Positions 45,700 through 60,260 are shown, numbered from the stretch's first letter. The stretch is DNA of 64,000 nt from an uncultured delta proteobacterium (GCA_963848295.1 CAWKDB010000011.1:576001-640000); one strand, 5' to 3'. Translations and numbers: made by a program. Notes: generated from the letters alone by a model not told the origin.

Positions 45700-46917
45700 T
45701 TACTTCGTCGGCGCGACCGTCGCGGTTGGATTCGGCCGCGTGATCATCAGGTGATTGTGACGCGCGTTGTCGGGATAGCCGAACCGGAACGGCAGGTCGC
45801 GATGCGGCTGGTCCTTCCACAGCTTGATGAACTGAGCGCGCACGTTCTTGTCGTCGATCACGAAGTAAGGCCCGGTGAAGTCGCCGTACGTGATCTGCTC
45901 GTAACCCGCCGGGCCGGCGTAGCTCGGCGGCAAGCCCGACGCGTCGGAGATCATCCACGCGGTGTGCTCGAGCAGATAGTCGCGGATCTGCGAGAAGTCG
46001 TCGTACCAGAGCAGGAAGCTCGCGGCCTTCGTCATCACCGCGACCTTGCCCTTGAGCCGGAGGTGACGCAGCACGCGGTCGTCCTTGGTCATGTGCGGAT
46101 CGTCGAGGTTCGCGACGATGTGGCGATACGTGCGGAGCGGCGCGGTCGCGTCGCCGCGCGGCCGGTACTGGATCTCGACGTTGCCGAACGCCGAGTCTTG
46201 CTCGTACCAGTAGTGGGTGTAGGTCTTCGGCGGTTGCTTCTTCGCCGCCGCCAGCTCGGCCGCGCGTTGGTCGAGCTCGTCGTTCGTCAGGTAGCGCAGC
46301 TGGCCGTCGGGCTCGATGTCGAAGTAGCGCAGGGACACCGGCTCCATGCCGTGGACCGCGAGGCCGGCGAGCGCGAACATCAACGTGCCGGGCACGGTCG
46401 AGTGCGACGCGTGTTGCAAGCTCTTCGTCGTCGAGTGCGCGGCGGCGTACAGCCGGCGGATGTCGTACGTGATGTCGTCGAGATCGCTGTACAGCTTGGC
46501 CTTGCCGATCGTGTCGATGACCCGGACGTCGCCGGCGGCTTCGAGCGAGATCGTCGTCAGCTCGGTCGCGTCCGGATAGACGACGAGCGCCGAGACCAGA
46601 TCGCCGCCGCCGAACGGATAGACGACGGTGGTCGTGAGATCGCGTGGCCTGAGCTCCGCGATGAACGCCTTGGCCTGATCGGCCCACGCCTTCTTGTACG
46701 CCGCGTAGACCGCGGTGATCTCTCTGCAATGCGCGTCGATCGCCTTGGCCGAGAACTGCGGCGGGATCGGGTCGTCGCTGCCGCACGCGCCGACGCGAAA
46801 CAGCGCGCGCACTTGGGGTCCGAAGTCCGTGCCGCCTTTGGCATCCGACTTCGAGTCGGCGCTTGCCGGGGCGGCGCATAGGGCGAGGACGGCGGCGGCG
46901 ACGGCGAAGCTACGCAT
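45700..46917 (-). CDS. Uncharacterised secreted protein, paralog of 9974-11251
   Basis: Signal peptide; VVYPFGGGDL, TTISLE, LPFRFGY. Confidence 0.75.
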   Translation of the reverse strand: MRSFAVAAAVLALCAAPASADSKSDAKGGTDFGPQVRALFRVGACGSDDPIPPQFSAKAIDAHCREITAVYAAYKKAWADQAKAFIAELRPRDLTTTVVYPFGGGDLVSALVVYPDATELTTISLEAAGDVRVIDTIGKAKLYSDLDDITYDIRRLYAAAHSTTKSLQHASHSTVPGTLMFALAGLAVHGMEPVSLRYFDIEPDGQLRYLTNDELDQRAAELAAAKKQPPKTYTHYWYEQDSAFGNVEIQYRPRGDATAPLRTYRHIVANLDDPHMTKDDRVLRHLRLKGKVAVMTKAASFLLWYDDFSQIRDYLLEHTAWMISDASGLPPSYAGPAGYEQITYGDFTGPYFVIDDKNVRAQFIKLWKDQPHRDLPFRFGYPDNARHNHLMITRPNPTATVAPTK

Positions 46918-46938
46918 CGCCGGGGGTATCGCACGACT

Positions 46939-48279
46939 TCACGCGGACTGCACGTGCGCACCGAGGGTCGCCAGGGCGGCGGCGAACCCGGGGTAAGAAG
47001 TCGCGACGTTATCGGCGTCGTCGACGACGGTGCCGCCGGTCGCGCACAGTCCGGCGACCGCGGCGGCCATCGCGATCCGGTGATCGCCATCGGCGTAAAC
47101 TCGACCGGGCGTGAACGGCGCGTCCGGCTGGCCCTCGACCGCGAAGCCGTCGGCACGGGCCTCGGCGGTGATCCCGAACGCGCGCAGCATCGCGACGGTC
47201 GTCGCGATCCGATCGGATTCCTTGACCTTGAGCTCGCCGGCGTCGCGCACGATCGTCGTGCCGCGAGCCCGCGCGGCGAGCACGCCGAGGATCGGTAGCT
47301 CGTCGATCGACCGCACCGCGAGATCGCCGCCGATCTCGGTCGCGCGCAGACCGCCCGCCGGGCCGCGCACGACGAGCGTCGCGGTCGGCTCCGGGCCATC
47401 CGTGCGCCGATCGTCGAGCGCGACGTCGCCGCCCATCGCCGCGATCGCATCGAGAAAGCCGGTGCGGGTCGGGTTCGTGCAGACGTTCGGCAGCCGGACC
47501 TCGGTCGCGCCGACGACGAGCGCGGCCGCCACGAGGAACGCGGCCGACGACGGGTCGCCCGGTACTTCGAACCCGGTGCCGGCGAGCCGGCGATCCCAAC
47601 CGCGGGTGTCGATCGCGACGCTGCGGCCTCCCGCGACGGACGAGAGCGGGGCGCCGAGATACGACAGCATCCGTTCGGAGTGATCGCGGCTCGGCCCGGG
47701 CTCGGTGATCCGCGTCGCGCCATCGGCGTAGAGGCCGGCGAGCAGGATCGCGGTCTTGACCTGCGCCGACGCCATCGGCAGCGCGTAGTCGATCGCGGTG
47801 AGCGCCCGGGTCGCCGGGCCGACGACGAGCGGCGGCGTGACGTCGGCACCGTCGCCGCGCCCCGTGATCGTCGCGGCCATCCGCGCGAGCGGCTCGAGCA
47901 CGCGGCGCATCGGGCGCTTCGAGAGCGATTCGTCGCCGACCAGCGTCGTCTGGAACCGTTGCCCGGCGAGCAGCCCGCACATCAAGCGGATCGTTGTGCC
48001 GGAGTTGCCGCAGTCGATCGCGGCGGTCGGCGCGCGCATGCCGTCGAGCCCGGTGCCGGTGATCACGAGCGCCCCGCGATCGCGCTCGATCCGCGCGCCG
48101 AGCATCGCGATCGCCTTCGCCGACCGGCCGTTATCGGCGCCGTCGCCGAGCCCGAGCACGCGCACCGGTGTCGCCGACAGGAGCGAGAACAGCAGCGCGC
48201 GATGGCCGATCGACTTGTCGCCGGGCACGGTGACACTGCCGCCGAGCGGCGCGCTGGCCGGCGTCACCACGAGCTTCAC
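46939..48279 (-). CDS. aroA: 3-phosphoshikimate 1-carboxyvinyltransferase (EPSP synthase)
   Basis: PGDKSIGHR, DCGNSGTT, SAQVK, RDHSE, KESDRI, DHRIAM. Confidence 0.95.
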   Translation of the reverse strand: MKLVVTPASAPLGGSVTVPGDKSIGHRALLFSLLSATPVRVLGLGDGADNGRSAKAIAMLGARIERDRGALVITGTGLDGMRAPTAAIDCGNSGTTIRLMCGLLAGQRFQTTLVGDESLSKRPMRRVLEPLARMAATITGRGDGADVTPPLVVGPATRALTAIDYALPMASAQVKTAILLAGLYADGATRITEPGPSRDHSERMLSYLGAPLSSVAGGRSVAIDTRGWDRRLAGTGFEVPGDPSSAAFLVAAALVVGATEVRLPNVCTNPTRTGFLDAIAAMGGDVALDDRRTDGPEPTATLVVRGPAGGLRATEIGGDLAVRSIDELPILGVLAARARGTTIVRDAGELKVKESDRIATTVAMLRAFGITAEARADGFAVEGQPDAPFTPGRVYADGDHRIAMAAAVAGLCATGGTVVDDADNVATSYPGFAAALATLGAHVQSA

Positions 48280-49229
48280 GAGCTCCCTCCGAGCAGGGAC
48301 TTCGCGCGTTCGACGACTCGAGCGAGGCGGCGCGGCCCGACCGCGATGATCGCGCGCACCCATGTGCCGCCGGTGACGATCCGCGCCTCGGACAGGCTCG
48401 TCGGTAGGCCGAGCGAGCGAGCGACTCCGAGGTCGGCCGCGCTCGCCAGCATGGCGCGGATCGTACGAGCGAGCCGCTTCGCGGCGTCCTTCGAGCCGCG
48501 ATCGCCAGGATCGATCGCGTTCGCGTCGACGATCACCGCGAGGTCATCGGCGACATCGCCCCACAGCGACAGCTGCGCGGGCGCCGCGTCGATCCCGAGC
48601 TGACGGGCGAGCGCGATCCGCGCGTCGAACGACAGCCGAGCGGTGACCCGCAACACCGCGCCGGTCGCACCCTCGGGCATCGCGTGCTGGCGCAGCCTCA
48701 TCAGCTCGGCATCGGGCGCGGCGCCGCCGATCTTCGCGCGGGCCTGAACCTGGCCGACCCAGGCGTCGGGGCCGAGCACGACGATCGTCGGCGAGATCCG
48801 CGTCGCGCCGGGCACCTCGTCCTTGGTCGCGACCACGGTGACCGCGGCGGCATTCACGGTGCCGACACCATACGCCGCGATCACGAGCGCGTCGGCGGAC
48901 GCGAGCGGCGTGCCCGCGACTTCGAGCGGCAAGCCCGGCAAGCGCGCATCGAGCGCCGCTTGCGCGAGCGCCGACTTCACGACGTCGCCGACCACCGGGT
49001 TGCTGCGCAGCCGCGCGAGATCGAGCTCGACGACGACCTGCGCGCCGTTGGGGATCACCGCGAGCAGCGCCTCGGCGCCGGTCTTGACGCGCGCGACCGG
49101 GTTGACCGTCACGGTGGGCGGGGCGTGGGTCGCGCCGAGGCACGACGCGATCAGCAACGTCAACGTCAACGTCAAGGTCAACGTCAGCGTTGACGTCGAC
49201 GTTGACTTGAACCTGAACGTCAACGCCAC
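48276..49229 (-). CDS. Hypothetical lipoprotein; start uncertain (inside a repeat)
   Basis: Codon-biased ORF overlapping the aroA start; (TL)n-LIASC signal. Confidence 0.6.
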   Translation of the reverse strand: MALTFRFKSTSTSTLTLTLTLTLTLLIASCLGATHAPPTVTVNPVARVKTGAEALLAVIPNGAQVVVELDLARLRSNPVVGDVVKSALAQAALDARLPGLPLEVAGTPLASADALVIAAYGVGTVNAAAVTVVATKDEVPGATRISPTIVVLGPDAWVGQVQARAKIGGAAPDAELMRLRQHAMPEGATGAVLRVTARLSFDARIALARQLGIDAAPAQLSLWGDVADDLAVIVDANAIDPGDRGSKDAAKRLARTIRAMLASAADLGVARSLGLPTSLSEARIVTGGTWVRAIIAVGPRRLARVVERAKSLLGGSS

Positions 49230-49345
49230 CGTGAACCTTGACGTGCACGTGTCACGTGTACGTGTACGTTCGGGGAAGTCACGTCGATGTCGACGGTAGA
49301 GTTCACGTTCAAGTTCACCGTTCAGGTCAACGTCAACGTCAACGT
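49155..49345. repeat. GTCAAC/GTTGAC hexamer-rich palindromic repeat region with CACGTG core (49241-49268)
   Basis: Read directly; overlaps the hisC stop and the 5' end of the next gene. Confidence 0.85.
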
Positions 49346-50454
49346 AGGACGTCGTTCAACGCCGCGATGACGCGCGGCAGATCGTGATGCGACGCCGCCG
49401 ACACCCGCAGATGATTCGGCAGCCCCCACGCCGCCATCGGCCTCACGATCACGCCGAGCTTCAACAGCTGATCGTAGAGTGGCGTCGAAGGCCGACCGCA
49501 ATCGATCAGGACGAAGTTCGCGAGCGACGGCAGCACCCGGATCCCCGGCCCGACGATCTCCGCGCGCATCCTCTCGACCGCCGCGCGCGCATGGCGAGCG
49601 CTGATCGCGACATGGTCGACATCGTCGAGCGCGGCTTGCGCGCCGACGAGCGCGGTGCTCGCGACGTGAAACGTCCGGCCGACCCGACCGAGCAGATCGA
49701 TCACCGCAGCGTCGGCGACCGCGAAGCCGACGCGCAGGCCGGCGAGCCCGTAGATCTTCGAGAACGTGCGCAGCACGATGACGCGGCGATCCTTGGCGCG
49801 GAGCGCGAGTCCGTCGACGTGGTCGACCTCGGGCCACTCCGCCGCATATTCGGCGTACGCCTCGTCGATCACGAGCAGCGCGCGCTCCGGCAGGGCCGCG
49901 AGCAGCTGGTCGGCCGCCGCGCGGGTGACGACCGTGCCGGTGGGATTGTTCGGCGAGCCGATCACGACGAGCTTCGTGCGCGGCGAGATCGCGTCGATCA
50001 ACGCGCGCATGTCGCAGCCGAGCGCGGCGGTCGTCGGGGCCGCGACGAACTTGCGACCGGCGACCTGGGCGGCGAGCCGGTAGCTGAGGAAGGCACAGGC
50101 GTGCGACAGCACTTCGTCGCTCGGTTCGCAGGTCGCGAGCACGAGCTGGTACAGCAGGTCGTTCGAGCCGTTGCCGAGCGCGAGCTGGTCGATCGCGACG
50201 CGGTACTTGCCGGCGAGCGCGCGCCGCAGCGCGAAGCCACCGGCGTCTGGATAAAGGTGGAGCATGCCTAGCACCCCCGGGAGAGCCGCGACCGCCCGCG
50301 GCGACGGCCCGAGCGGGTTCTCGTTCGAGGCGACCTTGATGGCGCCGGTGATCCCGAGCTCGCGCTCCAGCTCCTCGATCGGCTTTCCCGGCTGATAGAC
50401 GTCGAGGGCGCGGACGTACGGCGGGGCAAAAGCGCTGATCCAGGTGTCGGGCAC
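49339..50454 (-). CDS. hisC: Histidinol-phosphate aminotransferase
   Basis: KVASNENPLG, NNPTG, DEAY, RTFSKIYGLAGLRVG. Confidence 0.93.
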   Translation of the reverse strand: MPDTWISAFAPPYVRALDVYQPGKPIEELERELGITGAIKVASNENPLGPSPRAVAALPGVLGMLHLYPDAGGFALRRALAGKYRVAIDQLALGNGSNDLLYQLVLATCEPSDEVLSHACAFLSYRLAAQVAGRKFVAAPTTAALGCDMRALIDAISPRTKLVVIGSPNNPTGTVVTRAAADQLLAALPERALLVIDEAYAEYAAEWPEVDHVDGLALRAKDRRVIVLRTFSKIYGLAGLRVGFAVADAAVIDLLGRVGRTFHVASTALVGAQAALDDVDHVAISARHARAAVERMRAEIVGPGIRVLPSLANFVLIDCGRPSTPLYDQLLKLGVIVRPMAAWGLPNHLRVSAASHHDLPRVIAALNDVLR

Positions 50455-50526
50455 GGCCCGGGGACCCTACACCGACGATTCGCCGCTTGGAATGCCCGTT
50501 CTCGCCGGTCCGGTTATAGTGGCCTG

Positions 50527-51873
50527 GTGGTACTCAAGCGTCGCCCCTGGCCGTGGCTCGTCGCGCTCGCGGTCGTCATGATTCCGGCGATCGCGTCGGC
50601 TGCAACGAACTGCAACAACGACTTCGACGAAGCACGCGCTCGCGGCTGGCTGTGGATGTACCTAGCGGCGTTCGGCTTCGGGTTCCAGACCTCGCTCACC
50701 CCGTGCGTCTACCCGATGATTCCGATCACGCTCGGCATCTTCGGCGCGCGTGGCAAGGACGTCCCGCGCCGGCGCGCGATCGCGCTCGCGACCTCCTACG
50801 TCGTGGGCATGGGCATCACCTACGCCGCGTTCGGCGTGATCGTCGCGATGTTCGGCGGCCAGTTCGGCACCCAGCTCGCGAACCCGTACTTCGTCGTGCC
50901 GATCGTGGTGTTGCTGCTCGCGCTCGCCGCTTCGATGTTCGGCGCGTTCGAGCTCAACCTGCCGGCGTCGTGGCAAGCGAAGCTCAGCCAGGTCGGCGGC
51001 CGAGGGTTCAAGGGCGCGTTCGCGATGGGCATGGTCGGCGGGCTCGTCGCCGCACCGTGCACCGGCCCGTTCTTGCTCGGTCTGCTCACCTACGTCGCGA
51101 CGACGCGCAGCGTGGTCGTCGGCGGCTCGTTGTTGTTCATCTACGCGCTCGGTATGGGCGTGTTGTTCTTCGTGCTCGCCGCGTTCGCGATCTCGCTGCC
51201 GAAGAGCGGCCGGTGGATGGAGTGGGTGAAGTCGGCCGGCGGAATCTTGTTGTTGCTGGCGTCGCTCTACTTCTTGTCGCCGATCGTCTCGGCGCTGCGC
51301 CACGTGCAGAACGCGAGCCTCGTGATGCTGCTCGGCTCGCTCGGGCTCGCGGTGGTCGGGTTCGGGATCGGCGCCGTCCAACTGTCGTTCCACGGCCCGT
51401 TCGCCGAAAAGCTGCGCAAGGGCTTCGGCGTGTTGCTCGTGACCGCGGGCTTGTTCGGCGCGTGGAGCTGGTATCTCGCGCCGAAGCAAGAGCTCGACTG
51501 GCAACACGACGAAGCCAAGGCGTTCGCGCTCGCCGCGAAGGAGCACAAGGGCGTGATGATCGACTTCGGCGCGAGCTGGTGCGGCGCGTGCCACGAGCTC
51601 GAGGGCACGTTCGCCGATGTCGACGTCTACAAGGCGATCACCGAGAACTTCATCCCGCTGCAGTTCGATGTCTCCGAGGACACGGCGCAGGGCGACGACG
51701 AGCGAGCCCGGTTCGATGCGGTCGGCCCGCTCCCCGCCGTGCGCTACGTCACCGCGGACAAGCAGCCGCTCGCCCACGTCGACCAGTATCTCGAGGCCGA
51801 CGCGCTGATGAAGGTGCTCGACACGGCGATCTCCGGGTTGCACGGCGGCACGACGTCCGAGCCTTGCAAGTAG
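50527..51873 (+). CDS. dsbD: DsbD/CcdA-type thiol:disulfide interchange protein with C-terminal thioredoxin
   Basis: LTPCVYPMIP, APCTGP, LPKSGRWM, WCGAC. Confidence 0.88.
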   Translation: MVLKRRPWPWLVALAVVMIPAIASAATNCNNDFDEARARGWLWMYLAAFGFGFQTSLTPCVYPMIPITLGIFGARGKDVPRRRAIALATSYVVGMGITYAAFGVIVAMFGGQFGTQLANPYFVVPIVVLLLALAASMFGAFELNLPASWQAKLSQVGGRGFKGAFAMGMVGGLVAAPCTGPFLLGLLTYVATTRSVVVGGSLLFIYALGMGVLFFVLAAFAISLPKSGRWMEWVKSAGGILLLLASLYFLSPIVSALRHVQNASLVMLLGSLGLAVVGFGIGAVQLSFHGPFAEKLRKGFGVLLVTAGLFGAWSWYLAPKQELDWQHDEAKAFALAAKEHKGVMIDFGASWCGACHELEGTFADVDVYKAITENFIPLQFDVSEDTAQGDDERARFDAVGPLPAVRYVTADKQPLAHVDQYLEADALMKVLDTAISGLHGGTTSEPCK

Positions 51874-51902
51874 CGCTCGCGACGATGCTATACAGCCGAG
51901 CT

Positions 51903-52178
51903 GTGCGCGCCTTCCTGATCGGCCTCGTGCTGGCTACGGCGTGCGGCAACGCCGAGGTCGAGCAACTCGAGAAGGTCAAAGGCGAGGTCTGCTCGTGCAA
52001 GGACTCGAAGTGCGCCGAAGCGGCGATGACGGCTCTCCCGAAAGACCAGATCAAGGCCGGCCATCAGGCGCAGCTCATCGCCCGGCAGATGCTCGACTGT
52101 CTGTCGCGGCTGTACGAGGCCGAACGGCCCGCGCCGGCCGACGCCGACGGCGACAGCGACGGCGGCTCCGGGCCGTAA
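51903..52178 (+). CDS. Small Cys-rich lipoprotein
   Basis: MRAFLIGLVLATAC; CSCKDSKC. Confidence 0.65.
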   Translation: MRAFLIGLVLATACGNAEVEQLEKVKGEVCSCKDSKCAEAAMTALPKDQIKAGHQAQLIARQMLDCLSRLYEAERPAPADADGDSDGGSGP

Positions 52179-52961
52179 CTACTTGCCCTCGAACTTCGGC
52201 TCTCGCTTGCCGAGAAACGCCCCGATGCCCTCGGCGAAGTCGCGGGTCGCGAGCAGCTCGAGCTGGCCCTTCGCCTCGCGATCGAGCGCGGCCGCGAGGT
52301 CGCCATCGGCGCTGGCATACACCGCGCGCTTGATCGAGCGATAGACGAGCGGCGGCCCGCCGGCGAGTCGATCGGCGAATTCGCCGACGCGCGCGGCGAG
52401 CTCGGCGGCAGGAACGACGCGGTTCGCGAGGCCGATACGCAGCGCCTCGTCGGCGGTGACGCGATCGCCGGTGTACATGATCTCGAGCGCGCGACCCAAG
52501 CCGACGATCCGCGGCAACATCCACGTGCCACCGCCGTCCGGCATCAGGCCGCGCTTGACGAAGGTCTCGCCGAACATCGCGCGGTCGGACAGCCAGCGCA
52601 GATCGCACGCGAGCGCGAGGTCGCAGCCGAAGCCCGCGGCGGCACCGTCGACCGCGGCGATCGTCGGCCGATCGCACGCGACCAGCGCCTTGATCGTGCC
52701 GTGAAAATGCGTACGCAGGTCCGTTTCGACCTGCGGGCCGGCGCCCATCCCGCGGCGCATGGCGTCCTTGAGATCGAGGCCGCTGCAGAACGCGCCGCCG
52801 GCGCCGGTCACGACGATGACGCGCACCGCCGCCGGCACCTCGCGCACCGCATCGCCGATCGCCCCGACGAGCTCGACGGTCAGCGCATTGCGGGTGTCCG
52901 GGCGATTCAACGTGATCGTGCGAACCCCACCGCGGTCGCCGATCTCCAAGCCGGCGCTCAT
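52179..52961 (-). CDS. Enoyl-CoA hydratase/isomerase
   Basis: LNRPDTRNAL, FCSGLDL, AAGFG, LACD, PDGGG. Confidence 0.92.
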   Translation of the reverse strand: MSAGLEIGDRGGVRTITLNRPDTRNALTVELVGAIGDAVREVPAAVRVIVVTGAGGAFCSGLDLKDAMRRGMGAGPQVETDLRTHFHGTIKALVACDRPTIAAVDGAAAGFGCDLALACDLRWLSDRAMFGETFVKRGLMPDGGGTWMLPRIVGLGRALEIMYTGDRVTADEALRIGLANRVVPAAELAARVGEFADRLAGGPPLVYRSIKRAVYASADGDLAAALDREAKGQLELLATRDFAEGIGAFLGKREPKFEGK

Positions 52962-54211
52962 TCGTCGCCGTCCTCGTCTTCGAGTTCGGTGGGGGTCGAG
53001 GGCTCGGCGGCGATCGCCCAGCCTTCGTCGCCGGTGACCTCGGCGGCTTGCTTCGGATCGAAATGCGGTCCGAGCTCGGGCTCGCGGTCCGGATCGGCGA
53101 CGACGCGCGCGCCGAGGCGGACCCCGGGCATGATCAGCGCCATCGCCGGTGTGATCATCACGTCGGCGTCGGATTCGTGGCCGAAGAACTCGGTGTGCTC
53201 GTAGTAACGGACCGCGTAGCGCACGAGCACGGCGCACGTCGCCGCGATCGGCACGGCCAATACGACGCCGACGAACCCGAGCAGCTTGCCGCCGGCGACG
53301 ACCGCGAACAGCGCCCCCGACTCCGACAAGCCGACGCGGTGACCGACGATCTTCGGCGTCAGCACCGCGGCCTCGAGCAAGTGCAGGCAGCCGATCACGG
53401 CGGCGACCGACAACAGGAGCTGACCGCTGCCTCCATCGGCGAGCGTCACGATCAGCGCGATCGTCGCGCCCACGAACGTGCCGACGAACGGGATCACGGT
53501 CAGCGCGCCGACCAGCAACCCGATCGGCAGCGATAGCGGCATGCCGACGAGCGTGAAGCCGAACGCGTAGAGCAGCGCGAGGATCGATGTCGAGATCGCC
53601 TGGCCACGCACCCAGTTCGCGACGACGCGATCGATCTCGCGCACGATGTCGCGCACGTCGTGGCGACGGCGCGGCGGGATCACGTGATCGAGCCGGCGCA
53701 ACAAGTTCGGCCAATCGACGAGGAAATAGAACGAGAACACCGGGACGAGCAGCAGCTCGGCGAGCACGCCGAGCAGGCTGAACACGCCGCCGACCGCCGC
53801 GGTCGCGAGCTCGCGCAACGGCCCCGACGCGCCCGCGATCGCGCTCTTGACGTGCTCGCTCTCGGCCCACTTCTTCCAGTCCGACGGCAGCTCGATGCCG
53901 AGGTTCGCCTTCGCCCACGCGTCGAGGTTGTCGACCATGTGGGGGACGTCCTTCGCGAACTGCGTGACCTGATCGGCGACGCGCGGCGCGAGGAACGCGA
54001 TCGCTGTGATGATCAGCGCGAGGAACGTGACGAGCAGGATCGCCGCGCCGATACCGCGCGAGAACCCGCGCCGGTGCATGCGCTCGAGCACCGGGTTGAG
54101 CAGATACGCGATGCCGAGCGCGGCCAGAATCGGCGCGAGGATCGACGCGAGGTAGCTCAGCACGAGCCAGCCGAGCACGACGAACACCGCGATCAGCAGC
54201 CAGCGCAACAT
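52958..54211 (-). CDS. AI-2E family transporter (start could be GTG 54277)
   Basis: AYLLNP, RGQ, IPFVG, LTPKIVG, GGKLLGFVG. Confidence 0.88.
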   Translation of the reverse strand: MLRWLLIAVFVVLGWLVLSYLASILAPILAALGIAYLLNPVLERMHRRGFSRGIGAAILLVTFLALIITAIAFLAPRVADQVTQFAKDVPHMVDNLDAWAKANLGIELPSDWKKWAESEHVKSAIAGASGPLRELATAAVGGVFSLLGVLAELLLVPVFSFYFLVDWPNLLRRLDHVIPPRRRHDVRDIVREIDRVVANWVRGQAISTSILALLYAFGFTLVGMPLSLPIGLLVGALTVIPFVGTFVGATIALIVTLADGGSGQLLLSVAAVIGCLHLLEAAVLTPKIVGHRVGLSESGALFAVVAGGKLLGFVGVVLAVPIAATCAVLVRYAVRYYEHTEFFGHESDADVMITPAMALIMPGVRLGARVVADPDREPELGPHFDPKQAAEVTGDEGWAIAAEPSTPTELEDEDGDE

Positions 54212-54314
54212 CGCGATGACCTGCGACGTCTGATCTGAGGGCGTGCCCGGGCTCGACACCGCCCTGGGCAATACCACGATCAGTGCACCGATCGGGCGAT
54301 CGCGCCTGCGCCGA

Positions 54315-54983
54315 CTAGTCCAGCCAGCGGCGCTCGAGCGGATGCAAGCCGAACCGCGCGCGCACGTCGGCGAGCGGTTGGTCCCAGAGGTCTTCCCAGC
54401 GCACCGCGAGCAGCGGCGCGGCGTCGCGACCCTCGCGATAGGCCTCGCCGAGCGAGTGGCGCAGTGCGCCCCAGCGGCGTTCGCCGAGCACGTGCTTGAG
54501 CGTGCCGAACACCATGATCATCGCCGACACCGGCAGCTGGAGCTGGCCGAACGAGAACCAGTGGATGATCACTTCTTCGTGACCGGTGATGCCGAGCCCG
54601 AGCAACGCGTGCCACACGTCGTGGGTCTGGCGAAACCGGCGCATCAGGTACGCCATGTCCGGATCGTCGACATGGCGAGTCTTCGCGGCCTGGTAATCGG
54701 CGGTGATGCCGTTGCGATCGAGGTGGCGGACGTAGGCGCCGCCGAGCGTCGTCTCGGGCAGCGCGCGCAGCGCGTCGTAGTCGACTTGTTCGGTGGACAG
54801 CTCGGGGCGATCCGCGAGGATTCGCCGGCCCTCGGGGGTCGCGGCGATCTCGCGCAACAGCCGGCGGTAACGCGGCCGCCCGGTGATCTCTTCGACCCGG
54901 TGGATCTCGTGGGTCTTCGTCGAATCGGCCATCACGCGGACGACCGCTTGCGCGACGCGCGCTGTATCGGACACCAGGCCCAT
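54315..54983 (-). CDS. Coq4 family protein
   Basis: LPETTLG; RFRQTHDVWHALLG...EE metal motif. Confidence 0.85.
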   Translation of the reverse strand: MGLVSDTARVAQAVVRVMADSTKTHEIHRVEEITGRPRYRRLLREIAATPEGRRILADRPELSTEQVDYDALRALPETTLGGAYVRHLDRNGITADYQAAKTRHVDDPDMAYLMRRFRQTHDVWHALLGLGITGHEEVIIHWFSFGQLQLPVSAMIMVFGTLKHVLGERRWGALRHSLGEAYREGRDAAPLLAVRWEDLWDQPLADVRARFGLHPLERRWLD

Positions 54984-54999
54984 GGCCGAGAAGTTACTG

Positions 55000-55299
55000 T
55001 TACGGCAGGGTCGGCGCTAGCTCGATCGACAGCCGCTTGTGCTCGGCGCGGTGCAGATCGAGCTCGACGTAGCTCGAGAAGTAGTCGTCGCGCCGCAGCT
55101 CGAGCCGATGGCGACCCGGATCGATCGCCATGCCTCCGCGCAACCCCGCGACCGGCCCGACGAAATGGCCATCGATGTAAACCTGCGCGTCGGGGACGTT
55201 GGACTTGAGGTAGACGATCGAATCGTCGCTCGTGACCCCATTGGGCCCGCGTTTCGGGCCACAGGCGACGAGCGCGAGGATGATCAGCGTCGGCTTCAT
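55000..55299 (-). CDS. PEGA domain lipoprotein
   Basis: LVAC lipobox; SNVPDAQVYIDG; PGRHRLEL. Confidence 0.8.
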   Translation of the reverse strand: MKPTLIILALVACGPKRGPNGVTSDDSIVYLKSNVPDAQVYIDGHFVGPVAGLRGGMAIDPGRHRLELRRDDYFSSYVELDLHRAEHKRLSIELAPTLP

Positions 55300-56446
55300 G
55301 GCGGAGTAGACAGCGTCAGCTCGATGACGTTGCCGATGACCCTTGCGGGTGCGGCCGGATCGGCGCCCGGCGACTTCGTGGCGACCGTAGCGATCTGGTC
55401 CATCGCGTCGCCGGTCACGACGCCGATCACCCAGCCGGCAGGCGAGACCCGATGCAAGCTGACCGACTTCACGCCGCGCGTGCCGGCGAGATACTTCTGT
55501 TCGTCGAGCACCGCGCGCCACGGGGTCTTCGAGGGCAGCCGGACGAGCACGACCCCGGGCTCGGCGATCGGCGTGTCGTCGCCGCTGAACGCTCCGGCTT
55601 GGCTGATCGCGGCGGTCGGCGCCGGCAAGGCATCCGCGACCGCGGCTGTGATCGCGCGGTCGACTCCCGCGGCGACCGCTTCTCCGAGCGCGGCGGCGGT
55701 CGCGATGCCCTCGCCGATCGACTTGTGCGCCGCGCGGTCGATGATCCGGATCCGCGCCGTGACGAGCGCGGCCGGCGTCGCGACGCCACGCACCGCGAGC
55801 GTCGGGCCGATCGTCACGCTCGCGATCGCCGCGAAGTCGGCCTTCGCATCGGCGGCCAGCGCTTCGGCCGCGGCGTCGTCGAGCTCGCCTGCGACTGCAG
55901 TCGCGGCTAGCGAGCGGCGGACCGCAAACCCGGCGTCGCGCAGCGCGGCACCGAGCGCCGCGGCGCCCGGCGTATCCTTGTCGGCGCCCGCGCCGTAGGT
56001 GGCTCGCACCCCCGACGGCGAGCTGACCCGCTCGAGCAAGGCGATCGGTCGCGCACCGGCCGGCTCGCCCGGGGTGACGGTCGCGATGGCGAGCTCGCCG
56101 AGCCGCACGCGCAGCTTGTCGCGATCGATGCGCACGCTGACCGAGAGCTCGCGGCGATCGTCGGCGGTGTCGTCTTTGGTCACGGAGAACCGGGCGACCC
56201 ACAGCCGGGCGTGGCCGACGATCTCGCGATCGAGATCGGCCTGATGAGCCGCGCGGACGTCCGGGGCGACCAGCTCGGCGAGCGCGTTGGTCGCGGCGCG
56301 CGCGAACGCGTCGTCGAGCGCCGCGGTACGCGGATCCGGCGCGCTGACGGGGGCCTCACCATCCACTTCATACGCGACCAGATCCTCGGCGCGCGCGACC
56401 CCGCCGACGAGCGCGGCGACGACGAACGCGAGCACGGCGGAGCGGA

Positions 56447-56450
<4 letters not shown>
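55296..56450 (-). CDS. Hypothetical secreted protein
   Basis: Signal peptide VIRSAVLAFVVAALVGGVARA; TAGGCT box 7 nt upstream. Confidence 0.65.
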
Positions 56451-60260
<3,810 letters not shown>

